From the NCBI GenBank assembly GCA_013239625.1, contig MU053379.1:4235229-4297228 (forward strand): DNA of 62,000 bases. The letters run 5' to 3'. Shown here piece by piece: positions 40,383-52,400 of this stretch. Numbering within the stretch: position 1 is the stretch's first letter; each line of letters opens with the position of its first letter. A program made the position numbers and the translations under genes. This DNA comes from Lama guanicoe (taxonomy: Eukaryota). Below the pieces are notes generated by a model. That model had not been told where the DNA came from and did not search any database. It saw only the letters and a program-made list of their open reading frames with translations.

Positions 40383-40446
40383 AAGGGAAAGAAAGGAAGA
40401 AAGAAAGGAAGGAGGGGGGAGGAAGGAAGGAAGGAAGGAAGGAAGA
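40383..40446. repeat. (GGAA)n / GA-rich simple repeat
   Basis: Read directly. Confidence 0.9.
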
Positions 40447-40804
40447 GCATAGCAGTTTAGGAGAGTCTCGGATTTTCAGCAAGCGTGTGTAATAACAGGA
40501 ACGGTCCAGGTGGAATTTGTGTTGGAAGAGGCGGACGCACCTGCTAACAGCCCGGCATCCGGAAACGGCATTTAAAGAAAGGACGCTCTGTGTTTTGAGC
40601 AGCGTGTCCTCTGGTCTGGAAGCTCTGTCCGTGGCAGTCACCGCGTATGAGAAGGCACGACAGGGCAGCGCCAGAGCCCCACGGGGTGACGCTGACCCAG
40701 CCACGCGGGGCTCTCCAGAGCTGCGTCTTTGCTCAGATCCACAGCTTAACGGCTGTTCTTTATTTTGTAATTCGCTCATTCATTCGTTCATTTTACAATA
40801 TCAT

Positions 40805-40972
40805 GTTTTTTAAGTTGAAGTACAGTTGATGTACAATGTTACACGTTACAGCTGCACAATGTAGTGATTCACAGGGTTTTGAAGGCGACACTCTGTTTAC
40901 GGCTCCTGTAAAACGCTGGCTCTACTCCCCGTGCTGTGCGCGTGTACCCGTGGCTGACTTCATACCTGGTAG
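40805..40972 (-). mobile_element. L1 3' tail, strongly GC-shifted
   Basis: TTGAAGTACAGTTGATGTACAATGTTA...AGTGATTCACA...TGGCT..TCCCCGTGCTGT. Confidence 0.7.
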
Positions 40973-43562
40973 ATTAATGGCTGTCCTTGATTCATGCAAA
41001 ATAGTTTCCGAGGATTTAGCGATCTGGATACAGCAGAAGAGCCGTGTGTGTTTCACACGTTTAAATGGCTCCTCGGAAATTGAGGGGGATGGGTCTGGGA
41101 CATTCGTGTCACCCCAACCCACCTGGCCTGCCAAAATCAGAGCTGTGCCCTCACCTGCTGTATTTCTGCCCCACCAAGTGACAAGGACTCCACTTGAAAA
41201 AAAAAAAAGTAATTTGGGGAAAAGCCTCTCCATGTACTATTTTACAATTAGATGGCATTATTCCAGTCCAAATAATTCTCCCTTAGATGGGTTTGCTGTA
41301 GAGAAACAAAGGGAAGACAGAAGAGATGAATTTCCAAAAATGATCTTTTTATTTCACTACGGCAGGTTTTCCCTCAAACATCTACAAGCCCGCGTCTCGT
41401 TGTTCTTAGTGGGGAAGAATAAAGAAACCAGGGAATTTCAGACAAAGGTGCGACCTGCCGCCTCCCTGCGGACGGCGACTCCCTGAGGTCAGCAGCTGGG
41501 TCCTGTGCGGCACTGTCTCCCCAGCGTCTGGACGGACAGAGCCAAGGAGGGGCCCGCCCATCGCCGCTGCGCTGAGTCTGATGCCACCTGGATGCTGTGC
41601 CGCGGAGACAGACTTCGAGCGTGTTTCCGAAGGAAAGTGCGCCCAGAGAAATGGGGTTTAATTAGAGCAAAGAGCTTGCGACGGGGCTCGGGCCTCCTGT
41701 GTGTCAGAGGGTGGACGCTGGAGTGGGCAGGGGGCTCAGTTACGGTCGCTACAAGCAGGGTGGCCAGGGATGTCTCGTCCTCTGTCCGGGAGAGACGCGG
41801 CGGCTGTCCTGTACGGGGGGCGTGGCCGCAAGCTTGCCCTCCCGGTCCCTCCGGGCTGGTCCATCTCCTGAAGTGCCCGGGAGCGGGGGCGTGAGCTCCC
41901 GGCTCGTCTCCTCTTCAGAGAGGGGGACACTTTTCTCTCCTGACCACCTCATCAGCGTCTTATGTGCTTATGAAACGTGACCCTCGGGCATTTTTTTGCT
42001 GATGCAGCGTTAAGGGTGCTAGACAGGGAAGCTTTCCTGCCCCTTCGCAGACAGTTTGGAGCTGCCTCCGAGGTAAAAAGCTGCCAGGGAGATGCGCACA
42101 CACCCTGTACCTTCGTGTTTATTTCACATGATGTGTGTGTGTGTGCACAGTGCACATCTTTTACATCTAACATCTGCCACCCATCTTCTGAGCTCCAGGG
42201 TTGATGAGTTTATGGTGACTAGGCTGCCATTCAAGAGTCAGCTGGACTAAAAATGACGGTTAATTCAGGATTTTTTTGTGGCCGTAAGAAATGATTTCTT
42301 CCAGCTCCTGCCGTGCAGCTTCAGGCGGCACACTTGCTGAATTAAACACACAGCCAGGGTGACTGGAATAAGTTAACTGCCTCCTCCAACCTGATTCCCA
42401 GGCGAAAGGAAATAAGGAAGCATCGTCTGACGACCTGATCAGACCCCGGGCCGGAGGCGGTGCTGACCCGGATGTGTTCTTCTGGGAGGCCGAGGCCTTC
42501 CCGTCTGTGCATTTGTGTGCACGTGCGTGAAGATGCAGAGGGAGAAGAAGAGGAAATGAGCTTCTGGAGCTGCGTTTTGTGTGTCAGTTCGGTTCTCTTT
42601 AAGGGAGCATCCTGGGGGGCCGCCCGCTGTGTGCACACATCCTCATTATAATCATTTGTTGTCCCACCGCTCCGCCTGCTGGGGTCAGGCCTGGCATGGG
42701 ATGACCAAATAAACGCGGGCGTGTTCGGCAGGGGCTGGGGCGGGAGCACACGCAGTGGAGGGCCAGCCGGGCCCTGCCACCTGTCCCTCCTGGTGTGGTG
42801 TTTGCTTGGGTCTCCCCCCAGCTCTGGGGGGACCGGACATGACTGGAGAGAAAGTGAAAGCCTGGGGAAGTGCTTCGACATCGTGACGCGTTTGGCAGTT
42901 TACCTGGTTGCTGTGTTTCTGTCGTGACCTTTGACACGTGAACATTTTCCTGCTCTCAAGCATCCGTTTTCAACTGCCCACGAACGCTGTGATTCTGCAC
43001 ACATTTCTTATCTTACTGTCCAGCTTCCCGTGAAAGCCTGGGAGGAGGTTTTGCTCATTCGTACGAAGGAACCATCAGCTCAACCGAGGGAGAGACAGAA
43101 AACGCTGGCTGTGGGATGCGTGAATTGTGGCCCCCCGTCCGCGATGCTCACTTGGTTTTCAGTCACAGCGCGTGCTGTGAGCCTCCTCATTTTCTTTAGT
43201 TGGTCTGGAAAGGCCTTTGTCAGAGAGGATTCAAACCATGAGCTGGGAAATGCGATTTCCGTGCTGGCGCCGTGGGCGCCGGAGACTCACCTGACACAGT
43301 CTGTGTTCCCGGCTGACTCGACTCAAACACGGAAACGCCGAAGGGAGGCTCAGGGCCCCACCGAATGTCCCCACCTCGATGCCAGAGAACACGTGTAAGC
43401 GGGAGCCCCCGCTCCTGAGAACCAGACACCACACGTCATGCACCCCTGCCTTTATTCTTTATATAGAGTGTCTGAATGCAGTGTGTTATTCATCAGAGGT
43501 TGCTCTTAGGCTTTGAACAGAGATGGAAGCAAAGCAGTCTCTTTAAAATACGACCGTGCTGT

Positions 43563-43735
43563 GGGGAGGGTAGAGCTCGGTGGCAGAGCACGTGCTTAGC
43601 ACACACCAGGTCCTGGGTTCAATCCCTGGTACGCCATTAAAATAAATAAAAAATTGGCAAATAAATAAATAAATTTTAAAAACCCAATTACCCCCAAAAT
43701 ATTTTTAAATAAGTAAAAAAAAAATTAAAGAAAAT
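43563..43735 (+). mobile_element. tRNA-derived camelid SINE (Vic-1-like)
   Basis: GGGGAGGGTAGAGCTCGGTGGCAGAGCACGTGCTTAGC...GTCCTGGGTTCAATCCC followed by an A-rich tail. Confidence 0.85.
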
Positions 43736-44539
43736 ATATAACCACGTGTGACTTTTCAAAGTAACAGCCACCGCCCCAGAGGGAGCGCAGAAGCAGCTGG
43801 TGGCAGCATCCTTGGGGTTGCGGGGAGGACCAGAGGGAACAGCACGCGGGCACAGGGCAGACCAGAAGGCAGGACTTGGAACAGCGCAGTGTGCGCGGCT
43901 GTCGAGGTGCTGGCAGAGTTGAGACACTTGCCTGCAATCAGTGCACCGTGCCTGCAGACATCGCAGTCACGAGCCTGGGAAACACGCCTCAGTGAAGATT
44001 AACTGGGAATAACCTGTAAGCAAAGTGACTGTGTGGTTTATGAGAAAATATGGAAAGACTGAAAAACAAAGTAAACAGCGTGCATCTGCTGGCTGTTTGC
44101 TGTGACGGCCGCCATCTCCCGGGCCGGGCACCACGGCCTCGCACATTTAGCTAGGTAAACAAGATGCACAGGGCCCGAAGACGGCTCCGGCAGCGACGGC
44201 CGGCACTGTGACTCGCGAGGTGACCGCCGCGGGCTCTGATTTCACCTTTAAGCGCTGGCTGATTGTTTCTGAACAGTTTTTGAAACAGCTCACAGACATT
44301 TCATCTCAACGGGTGGGTTTCGGTCCCCAGAGCATTTTCTGGCAAAACTGTTACATACACACTCGGCCTCCCTCATGCACAGCGTCTTCAGTCAGTCCCA
44401 GGAGCAGAGCCCCGAGACGGTGGGGTGTCCGGGGTTCACAGTGGAAGGGCTCTCGGGAGGAGGGGGGACACTGACTAAGGAAGGGAAGGGGCAGGCAAAG
44501 GTGTGCTCTCAGGCAAGGTCTAAGACGAAGAATAAAGCA

Positions 44540-44795
44540 ACCTAAGAGATGGAGAACATTGGGGTTAGGACCTCCCCGAGGAGGTGACGTACCAGCAGGA
44601 ACCAGATGACAGGAATATCTGGGCAGAGAGCATTCTAGACAGAGGGGGCAGCTGATGCAAAGGCCCTGAGGTGAGTGCATGCGTGGCATACCCAGGGAGC
44701 AGCAAGGAGACCTGTGGGGCTGGAAGAGAGGGAATCGAGAAGAGTGAGGGGAGACGAGACAGAGAGCAGGGTCTGGTGGGCCATGGTAGGACTGG
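44540..44795 (-). mobile_element. L2 LINE fragment
   Basis: AGAGCATTCTAGACAGAGGG...TGCAAAGGCCCTGAGG...AGCAAGGAGACCTGTGGGGCTGGA is a classic L2 segment. Confidence 0.8.
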
Positions 44796-44879
44796 GGCCC
44801 CATCCCGTGTCCTGGAGGGCACACCATCACTGGTGTGGCTCTTGACTTCTCCAAGTCCCAGTCTTGTCATCTGTAAAAT

Positions 44880-45347
44880 AAGAATAAAATAATGCCATTT
44901 GCAGCAACATGGGTGGACCTGGAGATCGTCACTCTAAGTGAAGTGGGCCAGACAGAGAAAGACAAATGCCATATAATTCTCTCATATGTGGACTCAAAAA
45001 AAACAAAGAAACAAGAAAGAAAAAAGAGGACACTAACGAACTCATCTACAAAACAGAAGCAGACTCGCAGACATAGTTAGCAATCTCATGGTTCCTGGGG
45101 AAAGGGGGTGGGAAGGAAGAAACCGGGGAGTTTGAGATTTGCAAATATTGACTAGCACATATGAAAATAGATAAAGACCAAACTTCTCCTGTGCAGCACA
45201 GGGAACCATACTCAGTATCTTGTAATCACCTTTCATGAAAAAGAATATGAAAATGAACATGTGTGTGTATATGCAGGACTGGGACGTGGTGCTGTAACCA
45301 GAAGTTGACACATTGTAACTGACTGCACTTCAATTAAAAACAAAAAA
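44880..45347 (+). mobile_element. 5'-truncated L1 3' end inserted into a MIR-type SINE
   Basis: ATGCCATTTGCAGCAACATGGGTGGACCTGGAGAT...GTAACTGACTGCACTTCAATTAAAAA; MIR core CATCTGTAAAAT lies immediately to the left. Confidence 0.9.
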
Positions 45348-46129
45348 GGTAGAGGACCAGATGGCCCCCTGAGCCCGAGAGTCCTGGGACTCTAAAATGA
45401 TGCTCCTGGCCTTTCCCACCTCATCTCCTCACCCATCTGATGAGGACTGGCTGCTGTGAAGTTGGAAGAACAATTACTAGGCCCTGTGGAGCCCCCCCAA
45501 CAAGAAGACCGATGACATTGTAGATGGAGGGGACAGTTTTCAGGAGGGCAGGGCCCCGGGGGGCCGGGTGTCCGGGGGCCGCTCTCGAGCCCCAGGCGGC
45601 TCCCCTCCTGCGTCCAGGCTCCCAGGCGATGGTTTGGTTTCAAGGCTCTGGGGTAGCAGGAAGGTAAGCAAAGGCAGAGGGCATGTGGGGCACCACGCCC
45701 AGGATGAAGGGTCTCGTGAAAAGAATGGAAGAAACTGATTATCGATCTTCCGAGAGTGTGAGAGGAGTGAACCCACGGAAGGAGTGAGTCGCTGGGCCCC
45801 GCGCGCTGCGCACTGGGGGGGCCTTTAAGAGGAGAGAAGGAACACGGCTCACAGAACCCCCAGCTCTTGGTGTGCGATTGCCGCTGAGGGTCAGGAGCAC
45901 AGTCACCGTCACCCAGGTCACATCTCCACACGTCGCGTGTGCCCCGCAGCACTGGTCTGTCAACACCGCCGGGGACGATTGCCTTTATAGAAATGAGGCA
46001 GAAGGAAAAGTGTTACTGCAAAAAATGCGTGTGCTGCCCTCGACGCTCACCTTCGTGCTTACCTCTCTGGTGCTTTGTCCACTCGTTGTTCATTCATGGG
46101 GATTTGATTTGTGTATTTTTATAGCAGCC

Positions 46130-46430
46130 ATAAGGATTCTAGCATTTCTTGGAGAGCTAGAAACAAATTGAGTTTTTGTTTATCTAGGGATGTACTAATT
46201 TATCACTTCTTTTCAAAAGATAGTTACGCTGGATATAGAATTCTCAGTTGACAGTTCTTTTCCCTCTCACTGCGTTGAATAACTCATCACACACGTTTCT
46301 GATGACAAATAAGCTGTAAATCTCACGAGGATCCCTTTTACACGGCGGATTACTTCTCTTTCGGCTTCAAGGCTCTCTCTTTGGATTTTGGCTGTAAAAT
46401 GATGTGTCTGGGTGTAGGTCTCTTTAAATG
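46130..46430 (-). mobile_element. Old L1M internal fragment
   Basis: GATAGTTACGCTGGATATAGAATTCTCAGTTGACAGTT...CTGATGACAAATAAGCTGT. Confidence 0.6.
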
Positions 46431-46871
46431 TGATAGATTCATTCGTCCCAATAAAATTCTATTGTAATTCACTGTAACTTATTTAAACAGTGTAAGAATC
46501 CTCAGTTCCTCGGTGTCTTCCTTCACATAGGCATCCTGTTGTCTGACTTTGCTAGACCACAGCGAGCAGGCAGGGGAAACAGGTTTTAAGAGAAGAACCG
46601 GGAGCAGAAAGTCACAGCTCGGGCAAAGCCGCCCACGTCCGTCCTGCCTCCCTGGAGTGGAGGCAGCAGTGAGCAGGTGCGTCTCGGACGTACAGCACAC
46701 GTCAGGAAGATGGGGTTCAGTTGGACCCACGCCTGGATGCGTTATGAACTTTTCCTGGTCCCCTGGGCCTTCCTTTGATGCTAGAGATTTAGGTCAGTGT
46801 TTCCCAAACCTTTTCTAAGTTCCTTTCTGCAAGGAGGTTTTGTGGGAGGAGATGGAAATCTGAAGCAGATC

Positions 46872-47272
46872 TTTTTTTTTTTAATTGAAATGCCATCAGT
46901 TACAATGTATCAGTTTCTGGTGTGCAGCACACTGTCCCAGGCATGCACATACATATGTATATTCATTTTCATATTCTTTTCCATTAAAGGTTATTACAAG
47001 ATATTGAACATAGTTCCTTGTGCTCTACAGCAGAGACTTTTTAAAATCTATTTTTGTATGTAGTGGGCAACATTTGTAAATCTCAAATTGTCAAACTTGC
47101 CCCTTCCCACCCCCTTTCCCCGGTAACCATGAGATTGTTTCCTGTCTGCGGGTCTGTTTCTGCGTTGTGGATGGGTTCACAGCGCCCTTTTCTTTTCCTT
47201 TTTCTCTTGTTTAGATTCCACACCCGAGCGATCTCATATGGCCTGTTTGTCTCTGTCTGGCTGACCTCGCTG
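46872..47272 (-). mobile_element. L1 3' UTR fragment, reverse-complement relative of 44880-45347
   Basis: Poly-T, AATTGAA..CAGTTACAATGT..., CCCTTCCCACCCCCTTTCCCCGGTAACCAT, TTAGATTCCAC. Confidence 0.9.
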
Positions 47273-48709
47273 CGCGGCCTTGCTTTACACGTTCCTATGG
47301 CCGAGCGAGGCAGCTCTCCTTGGAGCTCAGCACTTCCTGAGGCTTCGCTCGCGAGGTGCTGAATCGGACGGACCCTGGAGTCCCGTTTCCCTCTGCTGGG
47401 CTTGTCTTCGCTAACCGTGTGACCCTGGAGGGCCAGAGGGCACTCAGGTTTGAGAAGCAAGAACCTGGATGTTTTTGCTGGGTCAAAATTCTTCAGTTTT
47501 GGTTCGGACTATTTGGGTGCTTCAGAGACACACACTCTCCCCCTTTGCAGAGACGGCGCCGGCGTTCCTCCCAGTGAGGCTCGCCGCCGGCGCAGGCGGG
47601 AGACGCGAGCCGGTGCGCAGCCAGCGCGCCCGCGTTCACACGCGGCAGTCTGGCCCCGGTGCCCAGGGGCGAAGGCACATTATCAAGCCTGATTTGAACA
47701 TTTCTCCTGTTTCACAGACTGTAAAATAGATGGGAGGTTGTCACTGAATCAGTGATTCGTTTTACACAGAGTGACCGGCCAGTGAAATCCCGTGTAACAA
47801 ATACCAACAAGGCAGCATTTCTCCAAGCCAGCGTCAAAGACCCGGGGCAGCGTGACCTGGTCAGTGAAGGACGGCTTTCCTGGCCGGGTACGTTTGCAAA
47901 GCGCTGCGTTCTCGGGGGCCCTTGGAAGTCTCTCTCTCTCTCTGTCTCTCTGAAGAATCGGGCAGAAAATCTAGAAAAATAGTGTCTGGGTCTGGTTCCT
48001 CGAGAAGCAGACCAAGAAATAAGGTTTCAAGTGGCCGCGGGGAGGGGGTGCCGGAAAGCACTGTTGGCGGGGCTGTGAGGCAGGAGGGAGGAGCCACAGG
48101 CCAGGCATGATGGACAGAGGGGAGGTCTGGCTGGGACCCCAGGGGACAGCAGGGGTGACCTCAGTGGTGGAGGAAGGCGTGCTGGTCGTCCTCCCTCCAA
48201 TCCGACACTGACTGCGACGCCCCCGGGGCGCGACTCTCCGGCTCTTCCTGCCTGGGCTACGCGAGCAGAGGGACTGCCCGGCGCTGGGCTGCAGACCCTG
48301 CAGAGGAGGCTGCGGGTGCGCCGAGCAAGCGGGTACTGCGGGGATGCGGGCTGGGGGCGGTCACTGTCTCCGGCACCCTCGGGATCTCTCCAGCTTGACT
48401 GTGCCGTGCCCGTTCCCTCTCACTCCCCTGGGCATTTTTTCCTTTTTCTTTTCCTGTAACAGTTCCTAACCTCACACTGAACCCATGTTTTGTAGATGCT
48501 CGGGAATTCTTTGCGTTGGCTTATCCTTTGTCCTCTTTTCAATCTCTCCAGACCTCTATCGCAGCCAGGAGATGGGGCATCCATAAGACTTGCTTTCAGA
48601 GAAGAACATCTGATGGGCAAGAATAAACGTCTAAATTCTGGTAGCTGTTGCCCTGCCCTGAACCCAGGGGGAAGGGCTCTCCCTAGAAAAGGTCTCAGGC
48701 CCTGCTGGC

Positions 48710-49170
48710 CCCATTGCTGTGCTCGTGTGACAAGCCACCCCAACGCTTAGCGGCTCAAACAGTGAAACAGACGAAGCCCATGGAGCCTGCGGGCCTGGGG
48801 TTCAGACGGCGCCGTGGAGGTGGTTCGTCTGCTCTGTGACATCAGGGGCCTGGAAGGCAGGTGGGAGCCTCGTTCACACATGGTGCTCGGACACCAGCCT
48901 GCACACGGCAGGGGCTTCTCTGCCTGCCCGTCTCCTGGGGCCCCACCAGCACGACGGCCTCAAGGTGGGCAGGGCTCTTACCTGGAGGCTCAGGGCTCCC
49001 AAGGTGCAGGTCCCCAGAGAAAAAGCCAGTGGAAGCATGTCACCTGCTGTGACCTTGCTGCAGATGGGTGGGTTCACAGGTGCGCTTGGTGTGGAAGGAG
49101 GAGCCAGCCCCGCCGCTCACAGAGAAGAGGCGTCGGTGCAACCGAAGAGCCGCGTGGGGATGACAGAGGC
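48710..49170. mobile_element. MaLR (MLT1-type) LTR relic
   Basis: TGTGACAAGCCACCCCAACGCTTAGCGGCTCAAACA...CTCTTACCTGGAGGCTCAGGGCTCC...GTGGAAGC. Confidence 0.65.
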
Positions 49171-49705
49171 CAGGGCACCGCCACCTCCCGCTCGGCCTGG
49201 GAGTAAGTCTCAGTGGGTGGCAAGACACCCCTTTCTCTGGTGCTTCGGGGAAGGTTCCCATGTCCCCATCTTCCTGCCACGCTGGGTTCTGTGCACGACA
49301 CGACGGGAAGGCTCCTTCCCTTCTGCTGGGGCCCAGAGGTGCCCCTCCCCTGCTTTCTCTGCCACACCTGCTCTGACACTGCCTCCGGGGGGTGGTCGGT
49401 GACGTGTTTGAAATAAGTGAGGACCGTGCCTCACGCTTTAACATCGTGTTAGGAGGGAGGGGGCAAGAAGCAGCCGAAATGCTGGCTTCATGGGCGCCGT
49501 CAGCTTTCCCTGGTCGTCCATCACCCTGACACCCACTGTCAGCTGCTGGCCTGACCCCTCTTTGATGGCCAGAGGGTCCAAATGCCACGGCCAACACACA
49601 GGTGGCGAGAGGACCAGCGGGCCGGTTTCCTGCAGAGGGTCCCAGCTTTCCCATGACGATCCCCCCTTCTCAGGAGTCTGGGGAGGTAGATAGAGCCCCA
49701 TGGAG

Positions 49706-49834
49706 ATTTTTTTAAATTAATTTTTATTTTTCAGGAGTAATTATGCTAATTTATGTATTATTTTTTAATGAGAGGTTGAACCCAGGACCTCATGCAAGCT
49801 AAGCATGTGCTGTCTCTGAGCTACACCCTCCTGT
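49706..49834 (-). mobile_element. tRNA-derived camelid SINE (Vic-1-like) with 10-bp target-site duplication
   Basis: TTGAACCCAGGACCTCATGCAAGCTAAGCATGTGCT..CTGAGCTACACCCTCC; CCCCATGGAG at 49696-49705 and 49835-49844. Confidence 0.9.
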
Positions 49835-50490
49835 CCCCATGGAGCTTTACTTAAGAGCCTGGCCCTCTGGTCTCCAACGAGTGGTCCAGAGATGGTGAGG
49901 CTGGCTCATCCCTCCCGACGCCCCTCCACGCGGGGATGAAAACGCCCAACCTGTGGGACCGACACCTGCCCGGCCCCCACGGCCACGCAGCGTGGGGTCC
50001 GAACCACTCAGCTCAAGCTCAGGAACCGGGTTTCATCCTGACGCTCGGCTCAGACCGCAGGTTCGTCCCCCCGGAGCGGAGGCCGCCTGCAACGCCCAGG
50101 TGTCCCAGTGCCCCCGGGACGTGGGGAAAGGCCACTCTTTCAGGGCGGGTGGGGCTCTGCCTGGGAGCAGCTGTTGGACATCTGGACGCCCTCGTGTGCC
50201 TCAGCGGAAGGCCCTCTCTGGCCCTGCCACCAACTGCTGTTATTTTAAGGCCGACAGAGTCCTACGAGACTCCAGAGTGCACAGTTTTAGATTAAGTAAG
50301 CTCCAGCGTGAGGAATTCAATGCCATGTTTTCAAGAGGCTCCCTCCACGAGGCGCGTACATTCTGGAACAAGGCAGCCACAGATTCCAGCAGCACTGACC
50401 TGCATGACACTCCCTCTGAAAGCTTCTCCCTGGTGAGCTCTGGAAAATATTTGCTGCTGCCCACTCCCCGGGGGACAGCAAACATCCCGC

Positions 50491-50684
50491 NNNNNNNNNN
50501 NNNNNNNNNNNNNNNNNNNNNNNNNNNNNNNNNNNNNNNNNNNNNNNNNNNNNNNNNNNNNNNNNNNNNNNNNNNNNNNNNNNNNNNNNNNNNNNNNNNN
50601 NNNNNNNNNNNNNNNNNNNNNNNNNNNNNNNNNNNNNNNNNNNNNNNNNNNNNNNNNNNNNNNNNNNNNNNNNNNNNNNNNNNN
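50491..50684. other. Assembly gap
   Basis: 194 N. Confidence 0.99.
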
Positions 50685-50739
50685 GCACAGTCCTGGGGGC
50701 GGGCGGGGGGCTGCAGAGAGAGCCTGACAGCCTGCATGG

Positions 50740-51005
50740 GGCACACCCATGCGCACGTGTGCACACGCATGAACGTGCGTGCACGTGCTCACATCCAAGC
50801 ACTCGCAGTCACGTGCACCTTACACCCACCCTCACACACGCACACACAAATGTGAACACGGGTAAACACGGACACACACGCAAATACACACACTCACACA
50901 GACACTAACATGGTCACACAGCCCACACACTCGTGACACACCCCAGCACACTCATGCACACTCATGCACACGCGCGCGCACACACACTACCCCTCACACT
51001 CAGAC
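50740..51005. repeat. Degenerate (CA)n-rich low-complexity tract
   Basis: Read directly. Confidence 0.85.
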
Positions 51006-51894
51006 ACTCCAGCGCAGGGTCTTGGGGTCTCTGAGCCTTTCCAGGAGGTGTGGGGACGTTTGGCGTCCCTGCTGCAGATGCAGCCCCGGCGCCCAGGTGG
51101 CCAGGGGCTCATGTGCCCGTGGACGCTGAGGGGGGTTTGGATGGAAACGGATTTCTGCTTGCTCCCCGCTCCCCGCTCTGTGTGGCGACCTCGGCTTGTG
51201 CGGTGTCTTTGAGGCTGGGGGCTGCGGGCGGACTTTCCTTGGTCGGTTGAACCTCCATGGCCAGGTTCATCGGCTCCAGAAGTTCACGAGCGATTTGCCT
51301 TTTCCTGTTTGACTACCTGTATTTTGTCAGCTGAAGTCTGTCCTATGCAAACCGGCCACCTCGCTCCGGCCTCCCCCCCTTCCCAGGCGCTCCCACGCGG
51401 CGCCTGCAAAGGACAGAGGCTGAAGTCCCCGTGCGGTCCGGGCGCCCGTTCCTTCACCTCGAGGCAGCTTGGAAAGGGCAAGTCTCCCAGATGCACAGGA
51501 GCCCGGCTGCAGGGCGCTTTGGACACAGATAGAGAGTCAGGGCCCTTTCCCCGCATTATCTGGAAAACAAATGCTTTTTTGGTCATTTCAGTTATTGGTC
51601 CCGCGCAGAATACTGCAGTAATTTTTGTTTAAATTAAAAAGTGTCAACACCTCTTCTTCCACCAGGGCCATCATCTTGATGTTCTCGTGGTTCCTTTCAG
51701 CCTTATTTATATGAACATGTAATGAAGTAGATGGAGTTTTACAAACAGTCTGCGTTGAAGTTCTTCTCTGAATCCCTGGGTCCTGGCCTTATTCTCTGGG
51801 ATCGCCAGCGTCCTTCTGTGTGGACACCGATGCCCTGGGTCAGGTGGGAAAACCCAGGTGACTGGAAAGGAGGCTCGTACAAGAATCAGCCTTG

Positions 51895-52225
51895 CGTTCA
51901 CATGCGATAAAATGCACTCACGTCTTGGTCGTCTTTCGGTGCGCAGTGTAGCGGCATTTGGTGGATTCACATTATTGTACAACCGTCACCGCCATCCATT
52001 TCTGGAAGCTTTTCAGGTTGAAAAACTAAAACTCCGTCTGCATTGAGCGCTAAGCCCCCATCCGTCCCTCCCCCAGCTCCCGGCACCACGATTCCACCTT
52101 GTCTCCTCGCACCGGGCTAGCCTGCGGCCCTCCGCACGCAGGCCTCTGTGACCGGCTTACTTCGCCCAGCAGCGCGTCCTCCAGCCTCATCTACGTGGTG
52201 ACAAGCGTCAGAACGTCTTCACCTT
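51895..52225 (-). mobile_element. L1MB-type 3' fragment, strongly GC-shifted
   Basis: TTCACATGCGATAAAATGCAC...TTGTACAACCGTCACCGCCATCCATTTC...CGGCTTACTTCGCCCAGCA. Confidence 0.75.
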
Positions 52226-52319
52226 TTGTCTGCTGTGAACACCAGTGTTCATAGTCTTTTTTTTAAAGAACTAATAGCTACAGGTTTCTTGTTGAATTGC
52301 CCCTCACTGGGCTGTTCAG

Positions 52320-52400
52320 AGTCTTCATTTTCTTATCTGAAAAGTGACTCACCCAGGCCACACAGCTCGTGAAGGGGATGCTGGGAACCAGAACTGACAC
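52320..52400 (-). mobile_element. MIR fragment
   Basis: AAGTGACTCACCCAGGCCACACAGCT...CTGGGAACCAGAAC. Confidence 0.5.
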
